From Minisyncoccota bacterium (GTDB taxonomy: Bacteria; Patescibacteriota; Minisyncoccia; Minisyncoccales; JAGOPM01): 64,000 nt of DNA. Under the pieces are notes generated by a model. The model had not been told where the DNA came from and ran no database searches. It saw only the letters and a list, made by a program, of their open reading frames with translations. This document shows, in pieces, positions 7,711-16,717 of this stretch. Made by a program: the position numbers and the translations under genes. Where the stretch lies: the NCBI GenBank assembly GCA_041651395.1, contig JBAZJI010000001.1:507920-571919 (forward strand). Direction: 5' to 3'. Position 1 is the stretch's first letter, and each line of letters opens with the position of its first letter.

Positions 7711-9042
7711 TTAGTAAATCTCGGCTTGAAGCTCCATGCCAAAGTCACTTCTGACGCAAACCGGCAAGTTAATACATGCCACAGAATTAACCCCAGCCAA
7801 TCTTTTTTTGTGGTGCAAAAATCCGCTGCTACTATCCCCGGTATTTTTGCGTTGCCACTGGCTTGAGTCCCCTACGCAGGCAAAACGCGTTCGGCCTAAT
7901 CCCCTGGTCATAACCATTTTCAAATCGCTATGGCTGATGTTCTGTGCCTCATCAACAACGATAAATTCATCGATAAGGTTTCGGCCCTGCATGAAATTGA
8001 CCACATCAATGATTACTGTCTTTTTAGCTTTAAGTGCCTGTTCAGCCTCTTTGAGCTCGCCTGCCTTATTGCCATTGCCGTTACCGTTGCCATTTTCTTT
8101 TCGGCTGTAAAGCTCTTCTTCGGTAATCATGAGCGGATATTCATGGGGGTCGAGTTTCAAAACCTTATACATCAGGTCATAAACAACCATGGAAAACGGC
8201 CCGAATTTTTCCTGCAAACCGCCTTTTCTATATCCGAGGTCATCGCCACCTTCTTTTGTTGGCCGCAAAACGCGCACAGTCGGTAATTTATAAAGGATGC
8301 CGGCATTCAAGGCACAAATAGTCTTTCCGCTGCCCGCTGCACCATCGGCATAAACGGCTGTAATATCGCCACATTTCATAAAGGCATAGTAAAAGGCCTG
8401 TCCTTCATTTTGGGGCGCTAGCTCGCCAAAACCTTTGATGCTATCCAGAATATTGCCCGGGTTACTTACAGGCTCACGCACACGCCGAAAACCATCCAGT
8501 GACCACTTATAATACGCCAAAAGCCTCTCGCCTTTTTCTGAGATAAAAGCGCAAGGCGCATTGGCATAAATATCATAAAATGTCTTCTCGGGATCGGGCG
8601 AGCGCATTGCACTGATAATCTTGCCAATCTCCATCACCTTATTCTCAGCTCCCGGGCCGGCGAAATGATGTTTAATCATCTTGAAAACATCATTGGATAC
8701 CGGCAAAGGCAGAATCGCTCCCGGCTCATTGGCTAGGCGGCGAAAATACCTTTTCCCCACCCCTCCATCGCGTAAGTCGATTTTTGCTAAAACCTCGACA
8801 CGGTCATCGTCACACCGGAACGTAATTGGCGTATTAACTCTGGCCGTCGAGAGCTTTTTGTCGCGCTGGGAATCTTCAGAAATTTTGGAACTAAGAGCAC
8901 CCAGCAGTTCCGTAAATTCACAATGTGAGCGTTTTAGAAAAAATTGTTTCTTAATATTCCTAAGTTCGCTCTGAGTCACATTAAAAATCAGTGACTCATT
9001 TTTTTCCTCCGCTTCACTGGAGCCCTGATAAGTATCGGTCAA
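7711..9042 (-). CDS. PhoH-like ATPase with an unrecognised N-terminal domain
   Basis: Walker A GAAGSGKT and the block FIVVDEAQNISHSDLKMVMTRGLGRTRFACVGDSSQ are typical of PhoH. An NGNGNGNGN insert is present. Confidence 0.7.
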   Translation of the reverse strand: MTDTYQGSSEAEEKNESLIFNVTQSELRNIKKQFFLKRSHCEFTELLGALSSKISEDSQRDKKLSTARVNTPITFRCDDDRVEVLAKIDLRDGGVGKRYFRRLANEPGAILPLPVSNDVFKMIKHHFAGPGAENKVMEIGKIISAMRSPDPEKTFYDIYANAPCAFISEKGERLLAYYKWSLDGFRRVREPVSNPGNILDSIKGFGELAPQNEGQAFYYAFMKCGDITAVYADGAAGSGKTICALNAGILYKLPTVRVLRPTKEGGDDLGYRKGGLQEKFGPFSMVVYDLMYKVLKLDPHEYPLMITEEELYSRKENGNGNGNGNKAGELKEAEQALKAKKTVIIDVVNFMQGRNLIDEFIVVDEAQNISHSDLKMVMTRGLGRTRFACVGDSSQWQRKNTGDSSSGFLHHKKRLAGVNSVACINLPVCVRSDFGMELQAEIY

Positions 9043-9103
9043 TTAATACCTCCTTTAGTGTTTAGATTTTCAAACTCCTGCCCTTCTTATAGCACACCAT
9101 TAA

Positions 9104-10003
9104 TTATGGGCAAGCCAAAGGAATTACTTGCTGCACTTTTAAGATAATTTCCTTGCTTGTTATTATTCCGCCAAAATCGGTTACATGGATACCGTCGCTT
9201 TCCCGCGCCAAACGCATTACACCTTTATTGTCAGGCAAATAATCAGAATAATTCCCCTTACTATCCTTAAGCGTTTCCCAAAGGGAAATAAATTTAATAT
9301 TTTCGTATTTGGCGGAGCTCGATGCATAAATAGAATTGAGTTTTTCCATTTTTTCACGATAATCGCTGCTTCTGGCAATCGGATTGCCTATCCAAAAAAC
9401 CTCGACATTTTCTTTGCTTAAAATATCCATGAACTCCGATACCCTGGAGAAATACAAGCTATCCCATTCGGGCGTGCCATAATATACCGCTTTATTACCC
9501 TCCAATGGTATTCCTTGCCCGTCATTAGCCCCAAACATGACATAAACTACATTTGGCTGGCGTAAAGCCAATAGTTCCTTAATCTCCTCCCGCCAATCAA
9601 AATAATCGCGCCTAGAAAGGCCAGTAGAAGGTTTACTGGTGCGATAAACAGTTGTCGAGACGCAGCCAAGCAAGGCCCGCTCTAATTCCACGCCCACTCC
9701 GCCATTTACAAAAGAATCTCCGGCAATCAAAATTGTAAAAGGCGCGCCAATTTCTTTTTTAACAGCAGTTGGCGCGTCAGCCGGGCATTTGCACTGGCAA
9801 GTTTCTTTGCCTAATGCCTTTGGAGAAAATTTGGCAACTCCTGCAAGCCATGGTGAAAGCCACGGCTTAAAGTAAGAGAACTTCATATTTTCCTCCCAAA
9901 AATAAAACTTTTGCGCCTGAAAAAAAACCGCCATAACCAGAATTAAAATATATGCCGCAATAATAACTCCCAAATCTTTTTTATCCATAGCCTTATTTTC
10001 CAT
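9104..10003 (-). CDS. SGNH/GDSL-type hydrolase-fold protein, likely partner of the MBOAT acyltransferase
   Basis: An N-terminal TM segment is followed by ILIAGDSFVNGG (GDS motif). I moved the start to the ATG at 10003 (MENKAMDKK), which avoids the 94-nt overlap with the upstream gene. Confidence 0.6.
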   Translation of the reverse strand: MENKAMDKKDLGVIIAAYILILVMAVFFQAQKFYFWEENMKFSYFKPWLSPWLAGVAKFSPKALGKETCQCKCPADAPTAVKKEIGAPFTILIAGDSFVNGGVGVELERALLGCVSTTVYRTSKPSTGLSRRDYFDWREEIKELLALRQPNVVYVMFGANDGQGIPLEGNKAVYYGTPEWDSLYFSRVSEFMDILSKENVEVFWIGNPIARSSDYREKMEKLNSIYASSSAKYENIKFISLWETLKDSKGNYSDYLPDNKGVMRLARESDGIHVTDFGGIITSKEIILKVQQVIPLACP

Positions 10004-10005
10004 AA

Positions 10006-11403
10006 TTAAAAACTGAAATAAATAAATGGCGGTATAAGCGAAGGTGAAAGCTCCACAATCAATATCACCAAAAGAGCGATGGTAATCGGCCTTAGCCATT
10101 GCTCTGAGGCGGCATAAAAATCACAAAAAATTTCCTTAATCGCTTTTTCGGTCGCGACAAGCAGCGCCCCCAACACTAAATACCAAACCGCACCGGTCAA
10201 AGCGGGGTCAAAAGCAAAGCGGAAACGAGCCAAGGCACCAAACATCTCGGTGGCCGTGGCTAAATCCGGAGAGCGGAAAAATATCCAAGCTAAAGCCACG
10301 AAGAGGAAATTAAAAATCCATGCAATACAGGGCAAAAAATACTTCGTCTTTTTATTATGGTGCGTAAGGGCATAAAATACGCTGCCCAAGCCATGGCAAG
10401 CGCCCCAGATGACAAAAGGCCACCCCGCTCCATGCCAGAGCCCGGAAACAACCATCACTAAAAATAAATTAAAATAATATCGCCACATTCCCACCCGATT
10501 GCCCCCTAACGGAATGTATAAATAATCGCGAAACCATGAAGAGAGCGAAATGTGCCACCGCCGCCAAAAATCTTGGATATTACGCGAAAGATACGGATAG
10601 TCAAAATTTATCGGCGACTCAAACCCCAAAAGCCCGGCAACACCAATGGCAATCTCGCTATAGCCGGAAAAGTCACAATAAATAGTCAAAGTAAATGCCA
10701 AAACGGCCAAAAGCGACTCAAAAGTGCCATAATTGGCGGGCACGGCAAAAACATTATCGACTACCAAAATAGTCAGCCAACTAGAAACCACTAATTTCTT
10801 AAAAAGCCCCATTAGAATAGAAAAAATGTGCTGACCGGGATTGCTGATATTTTTGGCCCCGCCGTTTTTTAATTGGGGCAAAAACTGATCGGCCCGCGCA
10901 ATCGGCCCACTTAACAGCTGAGGGAAAAAGGCCATGTAAAGCGTGAAATCGAGCAAAGACTTTTCCGGCTCATACTTTTTCCGATAAATATCTATGCAAT
11001 ACGAAATTGCACGAAAAATATAAAAAGATAAGCCAACCGGCAAAACAATATATAAAACCGCCAAAGAAGGTTTGAAGCCAAATTTTACAAATGCCTGTTC
11101 CAAAGCCGTGCGAAAAAAATCATAGTATTTGAAATACAGCAAAATCGCCAAATTACCCCCAACGCTCAAAGCCAAAAAAATTTTGCGGTATTTGTGGCTG
11201 CGCTGGATATAAATACCAAAAAGCCAATTAAAAACTGATAGACCAATCAAGATAACAACAAAATTCCAGCCCCAAACACCATAAAAAACATAACTCGCCA
11301 AAAGTAAAAATATCCGCCAAACAAGGGGCCATTTTTTTAAGAGCCAATTAAGCGCCAAAATTAACCCGAAAAATATAAAAAAATCCAAAGCCGCAAATAT
11401 CAT
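10006..11403 (-). CDS. MBOAT family O-acyltransferase (AlgI/DltB-like)
   Basis: Polytopic membrane protein with the block WRRWHISLSSWFRDYLYIPLGGNR, which contains the conserved His. Confidence 0.9.
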   Translation of the reverse strand: MIFAALDFFIFFGLILALNWLLKKWPLVWRIFLLLASYVFYGVWGWNFVVILIGLSVFNWLFGIYIQRSHKYRKIFLALSVGGNLAILLYFKYYDFFRTALEQAFVKFGFKPSLAVLYIVLPVGLSFYIFRAISYCIDIYRKKYEPEKSLLDFTLYMAFFPQLLSGPIARADQFLPQLKNGGAKNISNPGQHIFSILMGLFKKLVVSSWLTILVVDNVFAVPANYGTFESLLAVLAFTLTIYCDFSGYSEIAIGVAGLLGFESPINFDYPYLSRNIQDFWRRWHISLSSWFRDYLYIPLGGNRVGMWRYYFNLFLVMVVSGLWHGAGWPFVIWGACHGLGSVFYALTHHNKKTKYFLPCIAWIFNFLFVALAWIFFRSPDLATATEMFGALARFRFAFDPALTGAVWYLVLGALLVATEKAIKEIFCDFYAASEQWLRPITIALLVILIVELSPSLIPPFIYFSF

Positions 11404-11603
11404 TCCTCCACTTGTTTTTTAATTTCTTCAAATTCATTTTCTATCTCGCCTAAGCGCTCGCGGCTTTCTTTAATCAGTTTAGCCCCCTCTTTAACTTTGC
11501 TAAGGCCAGCCTCAACATCTACCTCTTTTTGGCTCTCAAACCACTTAACGATTTCTTCGAGCTTTTTGAGCGAGTCATTCAGATTTGTTGCATTTTTTGC
11601 CAT
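11400..11603 (-). CDS. xseB: Exodeoxyribonuclease VII small subunit
   Basis: A 67-aa helical protein (LEEIVKWFE...EAGLSKVKEGAKLIKESRERL) immediately downstream of xseA. Confidence 0.85.
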   Translation of the reverse strand: MAKNATNLNDSLKKLEEIVKWFESQKEVDVEAGLSKVKEGAKLIKESRERLGEIENEFEEIKKQVEE

Positions 11604-11631
11604 ACTAATAATTTATTTTATGAATAATAAT

Positions 11632-13062
11632 TTATTTTTGGTGTGAACTTTTATGGTTGACAGAGGCTTGTAATGTTCCGTCTTGCAACTGGACATCAAT
11701 TTGCGCCCCGATTTCTAGTTGCTTGATGCTTTTTACAACCTGGCCCTGTTGCCGCAAAATACTATAACCTAAAGACAACAGCCTTTCAGGGTTAAAAGCA
11801 GCCAGGGAGCGCGAAAAACTTTCTAGTCTTTCCTTAAGCTGGCCAAGGGCAAAACCAATTTGGATAGCGCAACGCGCCAAGCCTTCCTGCACTTTGCGGA
11901 ATTTCTCAAAAAAATCTTCAAAATATGATTTTATGATTTCACTGCTCTGGCGGATAAATTCTTTTTTCTCGGATAAATTCACAGAAAACCCGTTGATAAG
12001 ATCGCGGCGGAGAATTTCAATTTTGCTCATAGCCTGCTCCCAGCTTTTATTAATGGCCCGGGCGCAAGCCGTGGGCGTTGAAGGGGCAAGGTCTGCCGCT
12101 AAACAGATTAACGGCACATCTTTATCATGACCAATGCCGGCAATAACGGGAACCGGAAAATCGCAAACCTCGCGAATTAGCATTTCATTATTAAAGGCCT
12201 GCAGCGATTCCAACGAGCCGCCACCCCTGATAATCACCAACAAATCAATTTCCTGCTTCTTAAAATATTTCACCGCACCGATTAAATCACTGACCGCCAC
12301 CTGCCCCTCGACCCGCGAATCATAAAATTTTATTTTATAGCCAAAACGCCCCAAATTATTCAAAAAATCATGAATAACCGCGCCGGTTTTAGAAGTTATC
12401 AGGCCGATTTTTTGCGGATATTCGGGCAAGGGCCGTTTTTTCTCAAGGGCAAAAATCCCTTCGGCCTCAAGCTTGGCTTTTAGCTCATCATAAGCTTTTT
12501 TTAAGGCGCCCTCGCCCACCAATTCTACAGTTTCGGCACGCAAAGAAAAACGCCCGCTGGGTTTATAAATATTGGGAGTTCCGGTAACTATAACTTCCAT
12601 ACCAACCTGCATATTAACCCCGCACATTTCGTATTGTGCCAACCAGATAAAACAATCCAAGGTTGATTGGTCGTTTTTATCCTTAATTGTAAAATACATG
12701 GCCCGACCCTGCACTTTGGCACTGCTCACCTCGCCCAAAACCCGGCCCTTAAACTGCGCCAAGCCCCCATTAACAAAATCCAAAAATAAGCTGACGGGCA
12801 GAGCTTTATTATCCTCGTGGCTTTGCTCATCGGCCGTAGTTGAAGAGGCGCCCAAAACGATTTCGAGAATCTTTTTGCCATATTTGGAAATCTTATTGGC
12901 GGTTAAGCCGCTGATTTTCGCTAAATCTTCGGTATTGGCAATGTGCGCTTGGGAGATTTCCAGCAAAGTGGTATTTTTCAAAACCATGTAATAAGGCACG
13001 CCCTCAGCTTGAGCCTGCGCGTCGCGCCAAAATTTTAGTTTTTGCACAAGACCTTCAGCCAT
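11632..13062 (-). CDS. xseA: Exodeoxyribonuclease VII large subunit with an N-terminal HRDC-like extension
   Basis: OB-fold region (GEVSSAKVQGRAMYFTIKD) and catalytic core (IGLITSKTGAVIHDF, IIRGGGSLESLQAFNNE, AGIGHDKD). Amino acids 1-72 resemble an HRDC domain. Confidence 0.85.
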   Translation of the reverse strand: MAEGLVQKLKFWRDAQAQAEGVPYYMVLKNTTLLEISQAHIANTEDLAKISGLTANKISKYGKKILEIVLGASSTTADEQSHEDNKALPVSLFLDFVNGGLAQFKGRVLGEVSSAKVQGRAMYFTIKDKNDQSTLDCFIWLAQYEMCGVNMQVGMEVIVTGTPNIYKPSGRFSLRAETVELVGEGALKKAYDELKAKLEAEGIFALEKKRPLPEYPQKIGLITSKTGAVIHDFLNNLGRFGYKIKFYDSRVEGQVAVSDLIGAVKYFKKQEIDLLVIIRGGGSLESLQAFNNEMLIREVCDFPVPVIAGIGHDKDVPLICLAADLAPSTPTACARAINKSWEQAMSKIEILRRDLINGFSVNLSEKKEFIRQSSEIIKSYFEDFFEKFRKVQEGLARCAIQIGFALGQLKERLESFSRSLAAFNPERLLSLGYSILRQQGQVVKSIKQLEIGAQIDVQLQDGTLQASVNHKSSHQK

Positions 13063-13162
13063 AGCGATATTATATCCTAAAATTTTATATTTTAGAACTT
13101 GACCAAAAACACTATTTAGTGTAAATTGTTAAAACTTTCAAAACTTCATAATAGGAGGAAAT

Positions 13163-13612
13163 ATGCAGGAATCCAAAAAACTTTTTGAAGCTGATTTGCA
13201 GGAGGCCATTGTTAAAGGTAACGCATCAAGCGCCATTGTTAACGCCAAATTGCTGCACCGCGACCTCAGCCAGAACGAACTCATCGAACTGGGCGTCCAC
13301 GCGCTTTTTTCCCGCAAGGTTGAAGCATTCTGCCATCTTCTTGAACAAGGATCATTAAAGTACAATGAAACAGCCAAAAATACCATTTGGTTGCGTCTTG
13401 TGGCTGCCGGAGAAGAAAAATCGATTAAAAATTTTTGTACTATCTTTGAGGGCCGAGAAATTTCTAAAAACGACTTGCAAGCTCTAACTTCACCCGATGA
13501 AAGAAGCAAAGCCCTTTCTGCACTTGGGCTCAAAAACGGTGTCGAATACCCGAAAGAACCGATGACTGCTCAGCCAAACATTTCTGAATTGGGCGAAATT
13601 ATCACCCCTTAA
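13163..13612 (+). CDS. Hypothetical protein (149 aa)
   Basis: A GGAGG RBS precedes the ATG and a terminator follows. The overlapping antisense ORF 13138-13533 has no RBS. Confidence 0.55.
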   Translation: MQESKKLFEADLQEAIVKGNASSAIVNAKLLHRDLSQNELIELGVHALFSRKVEAFCHLLEQGSLKYNETAKNTIWLRLVAAGEEKSIKNFCTIFEGREISKNDLQALTSPDERSKALSALGLKNGVEYPKEPMTAQPNISELGEIITP

Positions 13613-13621
13613 CCCTCCTTA

Positions 13622-13657
13622 AAAAAAATCCCGCCATAACCGGCGGGTTCTTTATTT
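13622..13657. terminator. Bidirectional intrinsic terminator
   Basis: cccgcc (13630-13635) pairs with ggcggg (13642-13647). The stem is flanked by an A-run and a T-rich run. Confidence 0.6.
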
Positions 13658-13910
13658 AGGCTAAAATCGTCACTTCGACTTTAGCTTCGTTAATCGAGTC
13701 AATCTTCTCCTTGAGAGAAATTATCTCATTTTCTGGCGCATCGCAAATTAAAGTAATAACCCCCAAACAATCCGCAACACATTTGGGCTCAAGGTTATAA
13801 CCGGCGCGCACCCGAATAATCCCGCTGTTATCAGTCAAAATTTTATTTAGTTTTTCCGCATTGCTTTCCCTTTTGGAAAGCAAAATACTTATGACGCCTA
13901 TATTATTCAT
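13656..13910 (-). CDS. Small ACT-like protein resembling TM1266-family regulators
   Basis: An 84-aa protein with the pattern IGVISILLSKRE...KLNKILTD...IRVRAG...GVITLICDAP...ISLKEKI, recalled from the TM1266 family. This is a weak call. Confidence 0.4.
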   Translation of the reverse strand: MNNIGVISILLSKRESNAEKLNKILTDNSGIIRVRAGYNLEPKCVADCLGVITLICDAPENEIISLKEKIDSINEAKVEVTILA

Positions 13911-13964
13911 ACTTTTTCTTATTATATCGCTTTTTGGCTGACAAAAAAACGGCTTAACGCCGTA

Positions 13965-14519
13965 TTAATTTAATTCTCTGAATTTGCTGCGGATTTCGCC
14001 CCAATTATGGACTCTTTCGATATCCGCAAGGTCTTGGTTATAACTTTGATCGAAAAGATAAACCTTTATACCAACCCCTTCTAAAGCCTTGGCAACTTTG
14101 GGATCATCCTCCACAAAATTTTCTATCCCTAATTGCTGGCAAAGCTCAACCTTAGCCTGAGCGCGATTTTTCCAACCAACTAGATAAATATTTTGCGGCT
14201 CCAAAACCCCAGCTAAAACCGAGCGTGTTATCGCCGCAACCTCTTCGGCTCGCCCGCTAATAGCCTTGATTTGATGGTGGTCGCATTGGAGCATTTCCCT
14301 GATTGCTCTCTTGGCTCCGGGCATAAAACCAATGGTCTGGATAAATTCCGGCTGGCGGAAAGTGTTATGTATCTTATCAAAATGCTCAGGCACTAAATTT
14401 TTCAAATCACAAACCATCCAAGTGTCGCAAAAATTACTGATTTTTTCCCCACTGCACCACTGCCGAAAGCGGCCAAGCGTGTCGAAAACCACTCCGTCCA
14501 AATCAATTCCGATTACCAT
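13965..14519 (-). CDS. HAD-superfamily 5'(3')-deoxyribonucleotidase-like hydrolase
   Basis: IGIDLDGVVFD (DxDxV motif) and a C-terminal FVEDDPKVA...KVYLFDQSYN block. Confidence 0.6.
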   Translation of the reverse strand: MVIGIDLDGVVFDTLGRFRQWCSGEKISNFCDTWMVCDLKNLVPEHFDKIHNTFRQPEFIQTIGFMPGAKRAIREMLQCDHHQIKAISGRAEEVAAITRSVLAGVLEPQNIYLVGWKNRAQAKVELCQQLGIENFVEDDPKVAKALEGVGIKVYLFDQSYNQDLADIERVHNWGEIRSKFRELN

Positions 14520-14634
14520 TTATCCTCCTTGTGTTTGTAATGTGCGGCTCAGCATAACAGCAAATAAATGATTGTCAAAACCCCGCCTTAGAGGCGGGGC
14601 TTAGCTTACTATTAAATTGTCGCTTTCACATCTG

Positions 14635-14808
14635 TTACTTTGCCGCCATAAAGGCCCAAATACCAATGAGCAACTTCACGATTCCGTACCATAAAGGAGC
14701 CACTATGCCAAACATTGGAATGGCGGGCATATAAAGGGCCAAAATGAACCAAGCGCCCATTATAATGAGTAAAATTCCAATTATCTTAAGGACTTGTTTG
14801 CTGTCCAT
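14635..14808 (-). CDS. Small two-TM membrane protein (57 aa; below the track cutoff)
   Basis: Manual translation gives MDSKQVLKIIGILLIIMGAWFILALYMPAIPMFGIVAPLWYGIVKLLIGIWAFMAAK. A CCCCGCC/GGCGGGG hairpin lies downstream at 14581-14600. Confidence 0.4.
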   Translation of the reverse strand: MDSKQVLKIIGILLIIMGAWFILALYMPAIPMFGIVAPLWYGIVKLLIGIWAFMAAK

Positions 14809-14965
14809 AATGTTTAATTTGACTATTATTAACTACCTTAGTTTGTAAAAGCGACCTTTATCTAATTCTACCCTCGACTTTTGAGGGGGCAAATCAATTA
14901 TCCACAGCACAAAATACTCAACTTCTGATTGGAAAATAAGCTAGAAACATCGCAATATCCTAAGA

Positions 14966-15328
14966 TCAGCTGATTTTAACAATTATCGCCCCATCATTGG
15001 GGCCACTGCCAAAAGCCGTATCAAATTTATAACTCTTAATAACTTTTTGCTTCTGAAGCATGTCTAAATACTTCAAAACTATCGGCTTGATTACTGGGCC
15101 ATTTTTTGAATGAATACCCCGACCGGTAATTATTTTAATTGTCGGAAACGATTGCTGCTTAGCATCCATAATGGCGCGCAAAGTCCGGCTCATTATCGTT
15201 TGCGGGTTAATATCCTCGCCTAAATCATGAAAGTCCCACTCCTGCCTGGGTTGCACCAAATGGGCATATTTGTCTTTTTTCCGTATTTGGGCCATATTTC
15301 TTTTTATATTTATCACCGATTTTGTCAA
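14966..15328 (-). CDS. Smr domain protein
   Basis: WDFHDLGEDI...IKIITGRGIHSKNGPVIKPIVLKYL matches the Smr/MutS2 C-terminal domain pattern. Confidence 0.65.
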   Translation of the reverse strand: MTKSVINIKRNMAQIRKKDKYAHLVQPRQEWDFHDLGEDINPQTIMSRTLRAIMDAKQQSFPTIKIITGRGIHSKNGPVIKPIVLKYLDMLQKQKVIKSYKFDTAFGSGPNDGAIIVKIS

Positions 15329-15371
15329 CTAAGCCCCGACTTAAACGGCATCGCTTTGGCAGTTTTTTAAT

Positions 15372-15393
15372 GCAAAAACCCGCTAGGGCGGGT
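15372..15393 (-). terminator. Intrinsic terminator
   Basis: On the minus strand, AACCCGCC-CTA-GCGGGTT is followed by TTTTGC. It lies just after the stop of the 110-aa ORF. Confidence 0.6.
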
Positions 15394-15395
15394 TG

Positions 15396-15728
15396 TTATT
15401 GGAGATCGATGACTAAGACCTTAAAGGCCTTGGGGCGGTAAATGTCGAAAACCTTGGCGGCCATATCTGAAAACTCCTCACGTTTTTCCGGATTTGGTTC
15501 GCTATTGATAACAAGCACTTTTTTGTCCATCAGCTTGTTGTAGTCGACTACCCCGACAGTCCCTTCTTCTGTATTAAAAACAACACAGGCAGTCGGGCCA
15601 TCTTCGCGTCGAAAATCAATTTCATCGTAATACTTGTCTTTGAATGCCTGGGTGCAAACTAAAAGGTTAAATCGACCCGAGTCGAGATTTTTCAACACTT
15701 CCGCAATGATAAATTTCTTTTTTACCAT
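15396..15728 (-). CDS. Hypothetical protein (110 aa)
   Basis: ORF track entry followed by a terminator. I recognise no family. Confidence 0.5.
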   Translation of the reverse strand: MVKKKFIIAEVLKNLDSGRFNLLVCTQAFKDKYYDEIDFRREDGPTACVVFNTEEGTVGVVDYNKLMDKKVLVINSEPNPEKREEFSDMAAKVFDIYRPKAFKVLVIDLQ

Positions 15729-15857
15729 TAGCCCCTCTCTTTCTTTTTGTTTGAATTTTCTATCCTTAAACTACACTATTTTCTTTATCTTGGCAATTTT
15801 CCAGGCCTGAGGCTTGCCAAAACCCTTAAAAATGTTTAAGATGTATAACGTAAGTTT

Positions 15858-15929
15858 GGGCGCGTAGTTCAGTGGTAGAACGCCGTCCTGATAAGACGGA
15901 GGTCGTAGGTCCGATTCCTTCCGCGCCCA
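15858..15929 (+). tRNA. tRNA-Ile (anticodon GAU) with an atypical T-arm
   Basis: Cloverleaf folded by hand. The acceptor is GGGCGCG/CGCGCCC and the anticodon loop is CTGATAA. The T-loop reads TCCGATT (C at position 55) and the T-stem has one U:U mismatch. Confidence 0.75.
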
Positions 15930-16004
15930 CATCAGATTCTGTGGCAAACTATACTTTATCAATTCTGCCTTTTGAATTCGCCAACTGCTTTGGCAGCTGG
16001 CGCT

Positions 16005-16075
16005 GGGCCTATAGTTTAGTGGTAGAACACCTCATTTGCAATGAGGAAACACCAGTTCGATTCTGGTTAGGTCCA
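16005..16075 (+). tRNA. tRNA-Ala (anticodon UGC)
   Basis: Acceptor GGGCCTA/TAGGTCC with the G3:U70 identity pair, anticodon loop TTTGCAA and T-loop TTCGATT. Confidence 0.9.
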
Positions 16076-16119
16076 CCCCGTTTAACATCAGAAAAACCCA
16101 TTGCCTCCCGGCTAATGGG

Positions 16120-16686
16120 TTATTTTTGCACACCATATTCCTCTTGAGCTTGCGCCCAGTCTATCTCATATTCCTTCAAAAGTTCCGTGGCTAAAGCCGG
16201 CTCAAAAAATATGTTGCTGATTTCGGCATTATTCTCAAAACCATTGCGAGTCCAATTATGAGAACCGCAACAAATGACCGACCGGTCAATTATGCAAAGT
16301 TTGCGATGCATGGTCCGAGAACTATTTTCCCAACGCACGCATACTCCTGCCTCCTCAAGAACATTTTCAGGCAAGCCTGTTCCGTTTTTATTATCCGGAT
16401 CATTCGCCCCTTGGTTGTCGGCTAAAATCCTAATGCAAACGCCCCTTCGTGAAGCCGCTTTCAAAGCCGCAATGGTCTGAGGGAAATTATTGATATTATA
16501 AAGCTCGACATCAATACTGGCCCGGGCCGACTCGATTTGCGCCAGCAAAGCAGGCAAATACGCTTTATCATAATAATACTGCACTGATGCTCCGCCCTTA
16601 CACTCGCAATTTAATCCGATAAATATCCCGGATACAAAGATAAGCAAAGCGAGGATAACCGTCCAGAACGCCCAATTTTTTTTCAT
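16120..16686 (-). CDS. Membrane-anchored phospholipase D-family (single HKD, Nuc-like) nuclease/phosphodiesterase
   Basis: An N-terminal TM segment, plus the HKD motif MHRKLCIIDRSVICCGSHNWT. Confidence 0.75.
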   Translation of the reverse strand: MKKNWAFWTVILALLIFVSGIFIGLNCECKGGASVQYYYDKAYLPALLAQIESARASIDVELYNINNFPQTIAALKAASRRGVCIRILADNQGANDPDNKNGTGLPENVLEEAGVCVRWENSSRTMHRKLCIIDRSVICCGSHNWTRNGFENNAEISNIFFEPALATELLKEYEIDWAQAQEEYGVQK

Positions 16687-16717
16687 TTCTCCTCCTTACA
16701 AAAAGCGCCTTGGGGCG

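Noticed and set aside
8061-8100. The Asn-Gly repeat DNA in the PhoH-like gene, considered as a slipped-strand contingency locus.
   Set aside because: The codons vary (AAT GGC AAC GGT AAC GGC AAT GGC AAT). It is not a perfect simple-sequence repeat and is unlikely to be phase-variable.
10004-10099. An N-terminal extension of the SGNH-like ORF that overlaps the MBOAT gene by 94 nt.
   Set aside because: The ATG at 10003 lies 2 nt after the MBOAT stop and precedes the TM segment, so the extension is unnecessary.
13138-13533. A 131-aa minus-strand ORF overlapping the 149-aa plus-strand ORF.
   Set aside because: The plus-strand ORF has a GGAGG RBS and a terminator. The minus-strand ORF is S/R/L-rich and has no RBS.
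14898-14906. A perfect DnaA box (TTATCCACA), considered as a sign of a replication origin.
   Set aside because: It is a single isolated box. There is no cluster, no AT-rich unwinding element, and no dnaA or dnaN nearby. About one chance occurrence is expected in 64 kb on two strands.
15930-16004. The tRNA-Ile/tRNA-Ala neighbourhood, considered as part of an rRNA operon spacer.
   Set aside because: No 16S or 23S-like sequence flanks the pair. Protein-coding genes lie within 130 nt on one side and 45 nt on the other.
15771-16147. ORFs of 63 and 91 aa overlapping tRNA-Ile and tRNA-Ala.
   Set aside because: They run through the tRNA genes, and the tRNA cloverleaves explain the sequence.
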